A DNA stretch of 64,000 nucleotides, from assembly GCA_005882255.1 (NCBI GenBank), contig VBEZ01000124.1, positions 69,953 to 133,952 on the forward strand. Reading direction: 5' to 3'. Shown here in pieces: positions 54,090 to 63,933 of this stretch; positions within the stretch are counted from its first letter, which is position 1, and every line of letters begins with the position of its first letter. The position numbers and the translations under genes were made by a program. The notes beneath the pieces were generated by a model. It saw only the letters and a list, made by a program, of their open reading frames with translations. It did not search any database and was not told the origin of the DNA. The stretch is from Chloroflexota bacterium (GTDB lineage Bacteria; Chloroflexota; Limnocylindria; P2-11E).

Positions 54090-54574
54090 CCTATTTCCAC
54101 GAGGAGCAGAGCTTCCGTCAATGGTGGCTTCCCGTCCTGCTCGCCGTCGTGGCGCTGCCCGTGGTCGTCGTCCTCGCGGTGCGCGGTCCGGTGCTGGAGG
54201 TCCTCGTCATACCGCTGGTGGTGCTCGCGATCGGCGCGCTCTTCGCGTTCGCGCGCCTCGTCGTCGACGTCGACCGCGAAGCGATCACGATCGCGTTCCA
54301 CCTCCTCTGGCCGAAGCGTCGGATAGCGCTTGCGAGCGTGCGTCGGGCGGAGGCGACGAAGTACCGGCCACTCATCGACTACGGTGGCTACGGGGTGCGC
54401 CTCGGCTTCAAGGGCTGGGCATTCAACGTCAGCGGTGATGAGGGCGTCCTGGTCGAGACGACCGAGGGCGCGCGCGTGATGATCGGCTCGCGGCGCCCCA
54501 AGGAGCTCGAGGCGGCGATCGCTCTGGCGAAACGTGCGCTGGAGGGCCGTCCCCGTGAGGCCGAGCCGCATTAA
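54074..54574 (+). CDS. Membrane protein with a bacterial PH-like (YdbT/DUF304-type) domain
   Basis: Two TMs followed by a small soluble domain. Weak assignment. Confidence 0.4.
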   Translation: MEGPVTYFHEEQSFRQWWLPVLLAVVALPVVVVLAVRGPVLEVLVIPLVVLAIGALFAFARLVVDVDREAITIAFHLLWPKRRIALASVRRAEATKYRPLIDYGGYGVRLGFKGWAFNVSGDEGVLVETTEGARVMIGSRRPKELEAAIALAKRALEGRPREAEPH

Positions 54575-54662
54575 CGCACCTCGCGCTGGAACGTGACGCG
54601 AAGGACTCAATTCCGTTGCGGCTAGTTTTGGGGTCTTGACGCAGCCGAGCGTCCGAAATTGA

Positions 54663-54917
54663 ATGCCGCGTATGAAGAACCCCACGTGGCCAAAGGCCTT
54701 CGCGTTCATCGGTCTTACCGTCATGGGACTCGCGCTCGCCTACTACTCGACGTCGATCTCGACGGCCGGCGTCGCCGGCGTGCATCTCGGAACCGACCCG
54801 AACGGTGACGTGTTCACCATGGGGTCCGCTTTCCTCCTGGTCGGCATCGCAATGGCGGCGGTGTTCGGCTTCCTCGCGCTGAGTCTGATCCGCGCGATGG
54901 GCCGCAGGGCGGCCTAG
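54663..54917 (+). CDS. Small 2-TM hypothetical membrane protein
   Basis: An 84-aa ORF with two hydrophobic helices and GC3-rich codons. Confidence 0.4.
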   Translation: MPRMKNPTWPKAFAFIGLTVMGLALAYYSTSISTAGVAGVHLGTDPNGDVFTMGSAFLLVGIAMAAVFGFLALSLIRAMGRRAA

Positions 54918-54921
54918 GGCC

Positions 54922-55614
54922 TCACTCCTCGCGCTGCCAGATCGCGAGGTCGTGCGCGAACGTCACGCGCCACGGATCGAGCTCTTGCAGGCGCGCGACC
55001 CACGGCGCGTACTCCGGATGCGGCGAACCCGAGCGATCGAGACGCCACGCGTACAGATCCCGGGCGTACATCGCCGCGTCCTGGAACGCCTGCCCGGCGA
55101 TGACGATCCGACCCTCCTGCGTGTCGACGACGAACGACTGGTGCCCCGGCACGTGGCCCGGCGTCGGAACGATGCGCACGCCGGGCGCGATCTCGGCCTC
55201 GCCCGTGAGTAGCTCGAAGCTCGCACCGTCGAACTCGGCGACCGGTCCAGGGAGCGTGTAGTTCGGCGTCGCGACCGCTTCGCGCTCGACCTTCTGGGCC
55301 AGGATCGGTACGCCTGGAAAGCGGAAGTTGTTGCCGGAATGGTCGAAGTGCAGATGGCAGTTCGCGACGGCGCGTACGTCTCCGACCGAGACACCGGCGT
55401 CGCGCAGCACGGCGTCGAGGGCGCTGCGTACCGGCTTGTACATCGCCTCGATGTCGGGCAATCCGACGCCGATGCCGGTGTCGAGCAGGATCGGTCCGCT
55501 CGGGTGCCGCACCAAGAACGCGGACACGACGATCGCCGCGCCGGCGAAGGGCAGATGCCCGGGCGCGATGAAGTGGCCCATGTGCAGGCGTATCACGTCG
55601 CTCGCGCGCAGCAT
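54922..55614 (-). CDS. MBL-fold metallo-hydrolase (AHL-lactonase-like, HxHxDH)
   Basis: CHLHFDHSG motif, downstream His/Asp ligands (PTPGHVPGH). Start taken at MLRASDV. Confidence 0.75.
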   Translation of the reverse strand: MLRASDVIRLHMGHFIAPGHLPFAGAAIVVSAFLVRHPSGPILLDTGIGVGLPDIEAMYKPVRSALDAVLRDAGVSVGDVRAVANCHLHFDHSGNNFRFPGVPILAQKVEREAVATPNYTLPGPVAEFDGASFELLTGEAEIAPGVRIVPTPGHVPGHQSFVVDTQEGRIVIAGQAFQDAAMYARDLYAWRLDRSGSPHPEYAPWVARLQELDPWRVTFAHDLAIWQREE

Positions 55615-55616
55615 CG

Positions 55617-56561
55617 CTAGCCCGTGCGCAGACGCGGGTCGAGCGCGTCGCGCAGTGAATCGCCGAACAGGTTGAACCCGAACACGGCCATGCTGATGGC
55701 GACCCCGGGCGCGATCGCGAGCCAGGGCGCCTGCTCGAGGAACTGCATGCCCGCCCCGCGGAGCATCAGCCCCCACGACGGCGTCGGCTCGAAGACGCCG
55801 AGGCCCAGGAAGGACAGCGACGCCTCCAGCAGGATCGCCTGACCGAGGAACGCGGTCAGCATGATGAGATATGGAGCGAAGACGTTGGGCGCGACGTGCC
55901 GGAACATGATGCGGATCGCGCCCGCTCCGACCGAGCGGGTCGCCTCGATGTACGGCATCTGCACGACGCTGAGCGCGCTCGAACGCACCACGCGCGCGAC
56001 GCGCGGGACGATCGGGACCGTGATCGCGGCGATGACGTTGGCGATCTTGTCCTCACCGGTCCCGAGCGCCGCCACCACGGCGATGGCGATGACGATGAGC
56101 GGGAAGGACAGCAGCACGTCCATCAGCCGCTGGATGATCTGATCGGTGCGACCACCGAGGTATGCGCCGACCACGCCGAGCACCAGGCCGCACGTGCACC
56201 CGACGAGCGAGGCGCTGAACCCCACGAGCAGCGCGGTCCGGGAGCCGAAGACCACGCGCGAGAAGACATCGCGGCCGAAGTTGTCGGCGCCGAGCAGATG
56301 CTGGGGCGACGGCGGCTTGAGCAGGTCGGGGAAGTTGATCGCCGTCGGGTCGTAGGGGGCGATGACGTTGGCGAAGGCGGCCGCGAGGAGCATGACGATG
56401 ATGAGGATGGCGCCCGCGGTGCCGAGCGGGCGCTGCCTGACGAAGTCGACCCAGAAGCGCACGAAGCGCCGGCGGCCGGTCGACTCGAGGTACCGGCGCC
56501 TCGCGAGTTCGTCCGCGAAGGAGGTCCGCTCGCCCGCGACGCGGGGCTCGGTCTCGACCAC
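55617..56561 (-). CDS. ABC peptide-transporter permease (OppC/DppC-like)
   Basis: EAA-loop family permease with the N-terminal OppC-type extension. Confidence 0.8.
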   Translation of the reverse strand: MVETEPRVAGERTSFADELARRRYLESTGRRRFVRFWVDFVRQRPLGTAGAILIIVMLLAAAFANVIAPYDPTAINFPDLLKPPSPQHLLGADNFGRDVFSRVVFGSRTALLVGFSASLVGCTCGLVLGVVGAYLGGRTDQIIQRLMDVLLSFPLIVIAIAVVAALGTGEDKIANVIAAITVPIVPRVARVVRSSALSVVQMPYIEATRSVGAGAIRIMFRHVAPNVFAPYLIMLTAFLGQAILLEASLSFLGLGVFEPTPSWGLMLRGAGMQFLEQAPWLAIAPGVAISMAVFGFNLFGDSLRDALDPRLRTG

Positions 56562-57509
56562 CTAGGAGTACCTGATCCGGGGATCGAGCACCACGTACAC
56601 GAGGTCGACCACGAAGTTCACCAGCACGAACACCGACGCGAGCAGCAGGACGAGCGCCTGGATCAGCGGGTAATCGCGGTGCGCGACCGCATCGACGAGC
56701 AGCTTGCCGATCCCGTTGAGATTGAAGACCTGCTCCGTCACGACCAGGCCGCCGATGAGGAACGCGAACTCGAGGCTCACCACCGTCACCACCGGCAGCA
56801 GTGCGTTCCGCAGCGCGTGCCGGACGACGACGATCGTCTCGCGCAGTCCCTTCGCACGAGCGGTGCGGACGTAGTCCTCACGCAGGACCTCGAGCACGGT
56901 CGACCGGGTCATGCGCATCGACACCGCCGAGTACCGGTAGCCGACGGCGACGGCCGGCAGGATGAGTCCCGCGAGGTTCGCCACCGGATCGTCGAAGAGC
57001 GGTGTGAAGACCACCGGCGGTGCCCAGCCCCACAGCGTGAGGGTGATCAGCACCATCATGATCCCGATCCAGAAGCTCGGCATCGCGAGGCCGCCGATAC
57101 TGAACACGCGGATCGCGTAGTCGACCAAGCTGTCCTGCTTCACCGCGGCGACCACACCGAGCGGGATCGCGAGCGCCACCGCGAACAGCGTCGCGAGTAT
57201 CGCGAGCTCGATCGACAGCGGCATGCGGACCTGCACCTCCTCGACGACCGAGTGCCCGGTCCATAGCGACTGCCCGAGATCGAGATGCGAGATCGAGGTC
57301 ATCCAGTCGACGAACTGCGCCCACATCGGCTTGTCGAGGCCGAGGATGTGGCGCTCCTGGTCGATGACCTCCTGAGGCACGCTCGATCCGGCGTAGCGCA
57401 GCGCGACGATGTCGCCGGGAACGGCGCGCATGATCACGAAGGTGAGGATCGCGACGCCGATGAGCGTGGGGATCATCAGCAGGAGCCGCCCGACGATGTA
57501 GCGCCGCAT
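56562..57509 (-). CDS. ABC peptide-transporter permease (OppB/DppB-like)
   Basis: MRRYIVGRLLLMIPTLIGVAILTFVIMRAVPGD, the canonical OppB N-terminus. Confidence 0.85.
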   Translation of the reverse strand: MRRYIVGRLLLMIPTLIGVAILTFVIMRAVPGDIVALRYAGSSVPQEVIDQERHILGLDKPMWAQFVDWMTSISHLDLGQSLWTGHSVVEEVQVRMPLSIELAILATLFAVALAIPLGVVAAVKQDSLVDYAIRVFSIGGLAMPSFWIGIMMVLITLTLWGWAPPVVFTPLFDDPVANLAGLILPAVAVGYRYSAVSMRMTRSTVLEVLREDYVRTARAKGLRETIVVVRHALRNALLPVVTVVSLEFAFLIGGLVVTEQVFNLNGIGKLLVDAVAHRDYPLIQALVLLLASVFVLVNFVVDLVYVVLDPRIRYS

Positions 57510-57549
57510 CGCGCTAGTGTCGGGCGGCCCCCGCCGGTGCGCTAGTTCG

Positions 57550-59199
57550 CTACTTCTTCGCCAGCCAGACCGTGGTCAGATCCTGGTTCGTGTAGTGGTT
57601 CGAACCGATCTTCCAACCGCGCACGACGCTCAGGTACGGAATGATCCGGTACCACCACAGCACCGGGTACTGGTACGCCATCTCGTCCATCGCGTAGCGC
57701 TCGATGTCGCCCACGAGGGCGACGCGCTTGGCCGGATCGGTCTCGCGGCTCTGCGCGTCGATCATCCCGTCGAGCTTGGTGTCGTCGTAGTACGCGAAGT
57801 TGAGTCCCTTGCCGGCCTTGCTGGCGGACCAGAACTTCGCGAGCTGCAGGTCCGGCTCGTCGAGGAAGTCGCAGTTGAAGTCGAGGGCGACCTCGAAGGT
57901 GCCGGCGCGCAGATCCGCTTGGTATGCGGAGGTCTCTTTGACGTCGTGCGTCGCCGTGATGCCGACCTGCTTCCATTGATCGATCAGGTAGACGGCCACC
58001 GGCTCGTACGGCGTCGTGATGTTGCGGTTCAGGAACTTGAACGACAGGTTCGGCACCCCGGCGTCCGCGAGCAGCTTCTTCGCGGCCGCCTTGTTCGCCG
58101 CGGCGTCCTTGCCGAATCCGGCGATCTTCGCCAGGTCGGTGTCGCTCATCGCGAACGGACCCTTCGGGCGCATGAGCCCACCGACGTCTTTCACGATCGT
58201 CGTCTTTGAAAGCGCCTCGCCTCCGCCCCAGCGGTCGACCGCGAGCGTCAGCGCGCGGCGCACGCGCGGGTCGTCGAACGGCTTCTTGGTCGAGTTCGGC
58301 ACGATGTAGTTCACGCAGATCCACGGCGCTTCTTGGATCGCGAGGTCGTTCGGCAGCGAGCGCGACAGGTCGTCGCGCTGTGACGGCGTAAAGCCGCGGA
58401 ACTCGATCATCGCCTGCTTGCTGCGGATGGCGGTCACGCCCGCGTTGGCGTCGGTGATGATCAGCGCCTTGTAGGCGTCGAGGTAGGGGAGCTTGGTGCC
58501 GTCTTTGTCCTTGCCGAAGTAGTCGGGGTTCTTCTTGCCGCGCCAGTCCTGGCCCTTGGTGTTCCCGTCATAAAGGAAGGGCCCGGTCCCCATGATGTTC
58601 TTCTCGTAGAAATGGATGTCGGCCTTCAGCTTCGCCGCGCTGTAGATGAAGTTCCACGGCGAGGCGAGGTTGGTGAGGAACGACGCCGACGGGTACTTCA
58701 GCTTGAACTCGATGGTGTTCTTGTCGGTCGCGTTCACCGCGGACACGACCGCGTACGCGCCCGCGCGCGGCGAGAGCACGCCGGTCGGCGGGAAGATGAT
58801 CTTGTCGTACGTGGCTTTGACATCGTCGGAGGTCATCACTGTGCCGTCGTGGAACTTCACGTCCTGGCGAAGCTTCACCGTCACCGTCATCTTGTCCGCG
58901 GAGACGGCCGGCATCTCGGCCGCGACGTCCGGGATCACCTTGGTGAGGTCGTTCGGGTCGAACTTGTAGAGCAGGCTGTAGTGCGGCGCGATCGGGTGCA
59001 GGAGCGCGAAGGTCGTCTCACGATGTCCGTCGAACGACGGAGGTTCGGCGTTCACGATGAACGTGAGCGTGCCCCCGGAAATGGGCTTTTCGCCCCCCGC
59101 CACGGACGCCGTCGGCGTCGCACTGGGTTTCGCCGCTTGCGAGCAGGCGGCGAGGATGAGGGCTAATACCAGGACGGGCGCGATTCGCGAACGAAGCAC
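57550..59199 (-). CDS. ABC substrate-binding lipoprotein, family 5 (OppA/DppA-like)
   Basis: GTG start with an AAGGGGG RBS. Signal peptide and lipobox VLRSRIAPVLVLALILAAC. SBP_bac_5 body. Lies inside the 919-aa continuous ORF. Confidence 0.75.
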   Translation of the reverse strand: MLRSRIAPVLVLALILAACSQAAKPSATPTASVAGGEKPISGGTLTFIVNAEPPSFDGHRETTFALLHPIAPHYSLLYKFDPNDLTKVIPDVAAEMPAVSADKMTVTVKLRQDVKFHDGTVMTSDDVKATYDKIIFPPTGVLSPRAGAYAVVSAVNATDKNTIEFKLKYPSASFLTNLASPWNFIYSAAKLKADIHFYEKNIMGTGPFLYDGNTKGQDWRGKKNPDYFGKDKDGTKLPYLDAYKALIITDANAGVTAIRSKQAMIEFRGFTPSQRDDLSRSLPNDLAIQEAPWICVNYIVPNSTKKPFDDPRVRRALTLAVDRWGGGEALSKTTIVKDVGGLMRPKGPFAMSDTDLAKIAGFGKDAAANKAAAKKLLADAGVPNLSFKFLNRNITTPYEPVAVYLIDQWKQVGITATHDVKETSAYQADLRAGTFEVALDFNCDFLDEPDLQLAKFWSASKAGKGLNFAYYDDTKLDGMIDAQSRETDPAKRVALVGDIERYAMDEMAYQYPVLWWYRIIPYLSVVRGWKIGSNHYTNQDLTTVWLAKK

Positions 59200-60309
59200 G
59201 GCTTCCACCCCCTTGGCGCGGAATGTACTGCGCGTGGCGGAAAGAAGGTACCGCGACGCGAGACGGACTACGAGACTCTTACCGTCGACCGGCGCCGCTG
59301 GATCACCTCGCAGAGCCGGGTCGCAGATGAGCCGCTCCAGCGAAGCCGCGATGGCGTCGGGATCCTTCGGCTCGACGAGGAGTCCCGAGACATTTCGCTG
59401 TACGACACGTTTGTAGCCGTGGATGTCGCTCGCGACGACCGGTAGTCCTGCTGCCATTGCCTCGAGCAGCACGATGCCGAAGGACTCCTGGCCGGTGGAC
59501 GGCGCGCAGAAGATGTCCGCGGTCTTGTAGAAGCGCGCCTTGTCGATGTCGTCGACGCGGCCCGCGAAAAGCACATCCTGCAGACGGTTGTCGTGGACGA
59601 AGCGCCGCAGCTTTCCCAGCTGCGGGCCCCAGTTGCAGATGATGAGGCGCGTGTCGGGGTATTTCGGCTTCAGCTTCGCGTACGCCTGCAGCAGGTACAT
59701 CGCGCCTTTGCGCGGCTCGAGACGCCCGACGAAGAGGATGTTCGTCTTGCCGTCCTTGAATTCCGGGAACGGCCGCGCGTTCGCGTAGAACACGACGTCG
59801 ACGCCGTTGGGGATGATCTTGTAGTCGCCGGGGAAGTACGCGGAGATGAAGTGCCGCGCGGCGCTCGACACGCAGATCTTCGCGTCGAGCTTGTTCATGT
59901 AGCGGTCGAGCGCGATGCGCCCGGCCCAATACGACACGGAGAACCCGCCGAAGGCGTGGAAGGTCGCGACGTGGGGGCACTTGGCCGAGTCGAGGATCTG
60001 GAACGACAGGAACGGGACGAACGGCTCGTGATGGTGGATGACGTCGAACTTCTCTCGCTCGAGCATCCGCGACACGAGCCATTCGAGACGCAGCGACAGG
60101 GTCACGCGGCCGATGCTCCCGTTGAACGGCACGGCGATCGCCTGACCGACTTGGATCACATCGCGCGCCGGCGGGTCGTCGCCCCACGGCGCGGTGATGA
60201 TCCGCACCTCGTGACCCAGGTCGCGGAGGCGCTCGTACGTCTCGCGGATGTGCGCGTTCGCGCCCCCGGGACGCGGATACGCATACGGCGAGACGATACC
60301 TATTTTCAA
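59200..60309 (-). CDS. GT4-family glycosyltransferase (PimA-like mannosyltransferase) with no in-frame stop; the reading frame continues into the SBP gene
   Basis: MKIGIVSPYAYPRPGGANAHI N-terminus, and the E-x7-E region FGIVLLEAMAAGLPVVASD. The 3' boundary is undefined: frame 0 has no stop for 919 codons. Confidence 0.7.
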
Positions 60310-60328
60310 CGGCGGAGCCGCTCGTCGC

Positions 60329-61057
60329 TCATCTTTTCTCTTTCCTGATGCGCCGCCGCGCGCGTTTCACGGGATCGCGCACCATCGAGCGCCACTGCTG
60401 ACGCGCGACCCCGTCAAGGTGCTCCCCGAGCGTCCAGTGTCGTCCGTCCGGTCGGGTGGTGCGATCCGCGATCGCGCGGCGAAGTGCCGCACCGTCGTCG
60501 CCGTCGAAATCGGTCCACGTCGTGCCGACGAGCTTCGCGTGGTGCGCGTCGCTCGACCCGGTCTCCGCGACGTGCAGCACCGTCGCGTTGAGCCAGGTCG
60601 CGCGCGCACCACGCACTCGACCCGCGTACGAGGGATTGCGCGTCTCGATGCCGTCGACGTGGACGAGCGGGTCCGGCGCGGCCGCGAGCGCACGCAGCGC
60701 GCCCTCGCCCACCGAGAACGTGAGATAGGAGAGGGGATGCGGCACGATCGCGACGCCGCCGGCAAGGTGGATGCCCGACACGGTGGCGGCGAGGGCGGCG
60801 AACATCGGGATCTCTTCTTCGATCCATAGCGCGAGGAGGTGACCCGAGCGCGTCGTCACCTCGACGCCCGGGATGATCTCCACCGGGCTCGAGCGGCGCG
60901 CCGCGATGTCGCGCAGCAGGAACGCGCCGCGGATGTCGTCGTGATCGGTCAGCGCGATGACGTCGAGGCCCACGCGTTCCGCCGCGTCGAGGATCGCTTC
61001 GGGCGATGCCAGCCCGTCGCCGAGGTCCGAATGAAGCTGGAGGTCAGCGCGACCCAT
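60329..61057 (-). CDS. PHP-domain metal-dependent phosphoesterase (histidinol-phosphatase-like)
   Basis: LQLHSDLGDG, ALTDHDD and AHPLSY-type His/Asp ligand blocks. Start at the internal ATG (MGRADLQLHS). Confidence 0.7.
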   Translation of the reverse strand: MGRADLQLHSDLGDGLASPEAILDAAERVGLDVIALTDHDDIRGAFLLRDIAARRSSPVEIIPGVEVTTRSGHLLALWIEEEIPMFAALAATVSGIHLAGGVAIVPHPLSYLTFSVGEGALRALAAAPDPLVHVDGIETRNPSYAGRVRGARATWLNATVLHVAETGSSDAHHAKLVGTTWTDFDGDDGAALRRAIADRTTRPDGRHWTLGEHLDGVARQQWRSMVRDPVKRARRRIRKEKR

Positions 61058-61889
61058 GCCAGAAATCCTCGAAGACGGTCCACTGCTCCGGTGCGCTCCG
61101 CACGTAGCGCTCGAGCACACGCGCGAACCGTTGCACGCCTTCGCGCACGTCGGCATCGCGGTCGCCGGTGCTCGGGAGCTCGAGCGGCGGCTCGAATGAG
61201 GCGGTGAGCACCCCGTCGCTGCGTCCAGCGAACGACGGCACGAGCGGCGCGCCCGTGCGCAGCGACAGCACGACCGCGGCGGAGGGCAGCAGCGCTTCGC
61301 GTCCGAAGAACTGGACCCTCTCGCCCACGCCCGTGACCGCGCGGTCCGCGAGGATGCCGAGCACTTTGCCCTCGCGGAGGAAGCGGAAGATACCCAGCGC
61401 CGAATCGGTGCTGATGAGCTGCAGGCCGGCGCCACCCCGCGCGCGATTCACCGACCGCTGGAATTCCGAGGTCGCGATCTCGACCGGCAGGGCCACGGGA
61501 TAACCGTGCGCGAGCAATATCTGGCCCACGAAGGACACCGGCCCGAGGTGGGCGCTCGCCACGATCACACCCTTTCCCTGCTCATACGCGTGGGCCACAT
61601 GCTCCCAGCCATCGGTCCGCACTTCGGCGAGGAGCGCCTTTGGATCCAGCCGCGGGATGGTGAAGATCTCGACGTAGTTGAGCGTCTGCTCGACGAAGAC
61701 GCGTCGCACGACGCCGCGAGTGTTCCGTCCGGGTGCGATCACGGCCAGGTTCGCGTGGACGGCGCGTCGCGCGCCTGGCGCGGCAAGGTAGGCGAGCGTT
61801 CCAAAGAACTCCGCGAACGGGCCTCGGAGCGCCCGCGGTAGGTGGGGCAGGGCACGCTCCGCCGCACGGGAGAGCGCTCCCGACAGCAT
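61044..61889 (-). CDS. Lysophospholipid/lipid-A-type acyltransferase (LPLAT, HtrB/PatA-like)
   Basis: LPLAT HX4D context VIVASAHLGPVSF and downstream motifs. Start at the internal ATG (MLSGALSRA). Confidence 0.7.
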   Translation of the reverse strand: MLSGALSRAAERALPHLPRALRGPFAEFFGTLAYLAAPGARRAVHANLAVIAPGRNTRGVVRRVFVEQTLNYVEIFTIPRLDPKALLAEVRTDGWEHVAHAYEQGKGVIVASAHLGPVSFVGQILLAHGYPVALPVEIATSEFQRSVNRARGGAGLQLISTDSALGIFRFLREGKVLGILADRAVTGVGERVQFFGREALLPSAAVVLSLRTGAPLVPSFAGRSDGVLTASFEPPLELPSTGDRDADVREGVQRFARVLERYVRSAPEQWTVFEDFWHGSR

Positions 61890-61891
61890 CG

Positions 61892-62803
61892 CTACGCCGC
61901 GGCGTCCGGGGGCGCCGGCCACATCGGGCGGAAGATGTACCACTGGTCCGGGTCGGGTCGCATGAGGCTCTCGAGCGCATGCACGATGGCCTGGGTCGCG
62001 CGCTCGAGGTCGGCGGAGGCGTGCTTCGTCCGTTCGACGAATATCGGCGGCAACGCCACTCCGTTGAAGGAGTTGTCGCGGTCTCGCGTGACCGCCGCGA
62101 CGATGATCGGAGCGCCCGAGACGCGGGCGAGCGCCGCGGCGACGGTCGGGAAGGCCGTGCGGACGCCGAAGAACGTGGCTTCCACGTTCGCGAGCTCGTG
62201 TGCGCGGGGTCCGAGATCCATCATGAAACCGACCATCTCGTTCCGGCGCAGGGCCGCGAGCACGCGGCGCGTCGCGCCCTCGGGCGGCAGGATCACCACG
62301 TTCTTGTGTTCCCGATTCGCGACGAGGAAGTCCATCAGGCGCGTGTTCTCGAGCTCGTCGGCGACGACCGTGAGCGGGATCTCCTGAGCGATGCGCGCGC
62401 CGCCGAGCTCGAAATTCCCGAAATGCGCCGAGACGAAGATGATCCCGCGGCCCTTGTCCCGCGCGGCCTGCAGATGCGTGAAGGAGACCGGATCGATCGT
62501 GACCAGGTCGCGCAGCTCGGCGCGACCCATCGAGGGAAATCTCATGATCTCGGTGAGGTATTTGCCGAAGTTGCGGAACGCGCGACGCGAGACGCGCGCG
62601 ACCTCGGGGTCTTTCGGCGGCCGCCCGAGCACGACCGCGAAATTGCTCTTCGTGATCTCGCGCCTGCGCCGCCAGACGAGATACGCGAACTCGCCGCCAG
62701 CCACGGCGCCGCCGTACACGAGCCGGGCCGGGAGCCGCTGTACCAGCGCGGCGGCGACGCGCCACGACCAGTACAGCGCATCGAACGGGACGCGTAGCCG
62801 CAC
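61892..62803 (-). CDS. Second LPLAT-family acyltransferase (HtrB/PatA-like), translationally coupled to the downstream paralog
   Basis: GIIFVSAHFGNFELGG (HX4-like block) and DLGPRAHE. GTG start; its stop overlaps the next start. Confidence 0.7.
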   Translation of the reverse strand: MRLRVPFDALYWSWRVAAALVQRLPARLVYGGAVAGGEFAYLVWRRRREITKSNFAVVLGRPPKDPEVARVSRRAFRNFGKYLTEIMRFPSMGRAELRDLVTIDPVSFTHLQAARDKGRGIIFVSAHFGNFELGGARIAQEIPLTVVADELENTRLMDFLVANREHKNVVILPPEGATRRVLAALRRNEMVGFMMDLGPRAHELANVEATFFGVRTAFPTVAAALARVSGAPIIVAAVTRDRDNSFNGVALPPIFVERTKHASADLERATQAIVHALESLMRPDPDQWYIFRPMWPAPPDAAA

Positions 62804-63933
62804 TAGGCCTTTCCTGCGAGCGTCGTCTGGTCGCTGCCCTTGATATAGGCCTCCACGCCCTCGCGCGCCTGGTCGTCGTGGATCTGCCGCGGGGGCGACT
62901 TCATGAAGTACGCCGAAGGCGCGACGATCGTGCCGCCCAGGCCGCGGTCGAGCGCGAGCTTGCAGCAGCGGATCGCGTCGATGACGACGCCCGCGCTGTT
63001 GGGTGAGTCCCACACCTCGAGCTTCACCTCGACATTGAGCGGGACGTCGCCGAACGTGGTGCCCTCCATGCGGATGTAACACCACTTCCGGTCGAGCAGC
63101 CACGGCACGTAGTCCGAGGGGCCAACGTGTACGTCATCCGCAGCCAGAGGGTAATCGAGCATGCTGGTGACCGCGTTCGTCTTGCTGATCTTCTTCGACT
63201 CGAGGCGTTCGCGCTCGAGCATGTTGAGGAAGTCGGTGTTGCCGCCGAAGTTCAGCTGGTAGGTGCGGTCGAGGCGCACGCCGCGGTCCATGAACAGCCG
63301 CGTGAGCACGCGATGCGTGATGGTCGCGCCGACCTGGGACTTGATGTCGTCGCCGATGATCGGCAGGCCCTTCGCCGCGAAACGCTTCTGCCAGTAGGGC
63401 TCCCGCGCGATGAAAACGGGGATGCAGTTGATGAAGGCGCAGCCCGCCTCGAGGACCTGCTCGACGTACCACTTCGTGGCTTCCTCGCTCCCGACGGGCA
63501 GGTAGGACACGACGACGTCGGTCTTCGTGTCTCGAAGGATCTTCACGATGTCCGCGGTCTCGCCCGGCGCCTTCGTGATGACCTTCGAGAGGTATTTCCC
63601 AATACCGTCGTGGGTCATCCCGCGGCTTACTTTCACGCCGGTCTTCGGTACGTCCGCGAAGCGGTAGGTGTTGTTCGGCTTTGCGTAGATGGCATCGGCG
63701 AGGTCCTTCCCGACCTTGTTCTTGTCGACATCGAAGGCGGCGACGAACTCGACGTCGCGGATGTGGTAGCCACCGAGATCGACGTGCATGATCCCCGGGA
63801 TCGGATCGCCGGTCTTCGCGTTCCGGTAGTAGTGCACGCCCTGTACGAGCGAGCTGGCGCAGTTGCCCACCCCGATGATCGCGACGCGGATCCTGCGGCT
63901 ACGGCTCACGGTCGTTCGCTTCTTCACTGGCAT
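62803..63933 (-). CDS. ino1: myo-inositol-1-phosphate synthase
   Basis: NAD-binding [16 protein letters not shown] and the conserved LNFGGNTDF and [14 protein letters not shown] blocks. The start is either 63933 or 63960. Confidence 0.9.
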   Translation of the reverse strand: MPVKKRTTVSRSRRIRVAIIGVGNCASSLVQGVHYYRNAKTGDPIPGIMHVDLGGYHIRDVEFVAAFDVDKNKVGKDLADAIYAKPNNTYRFADVPKTGVKVSRGMTHDGIGKYLSKVITKAPGETADIVKILRDTKTDVVVSYLPVGSEEATKWYVEQVLEAGCAFINCIPVFIAREPYWQKRFAAKGLPIIGDDIKSQVGATITHRVLTRLFMDRGVRLDRTYQLNFGGNTDFLNMLERERLESKKISKTNAVTSMLDYPLAADDVHVGPSDYVPWLLDRKWCYIRMEGTTFGDVPLNVEVKLEVWDSPNSAGVVIDAIRCCKLALDRGLGGTIVAPSAYFMKSPPRQIHDDQAREGVEAYIKGSDQTTLAGKA

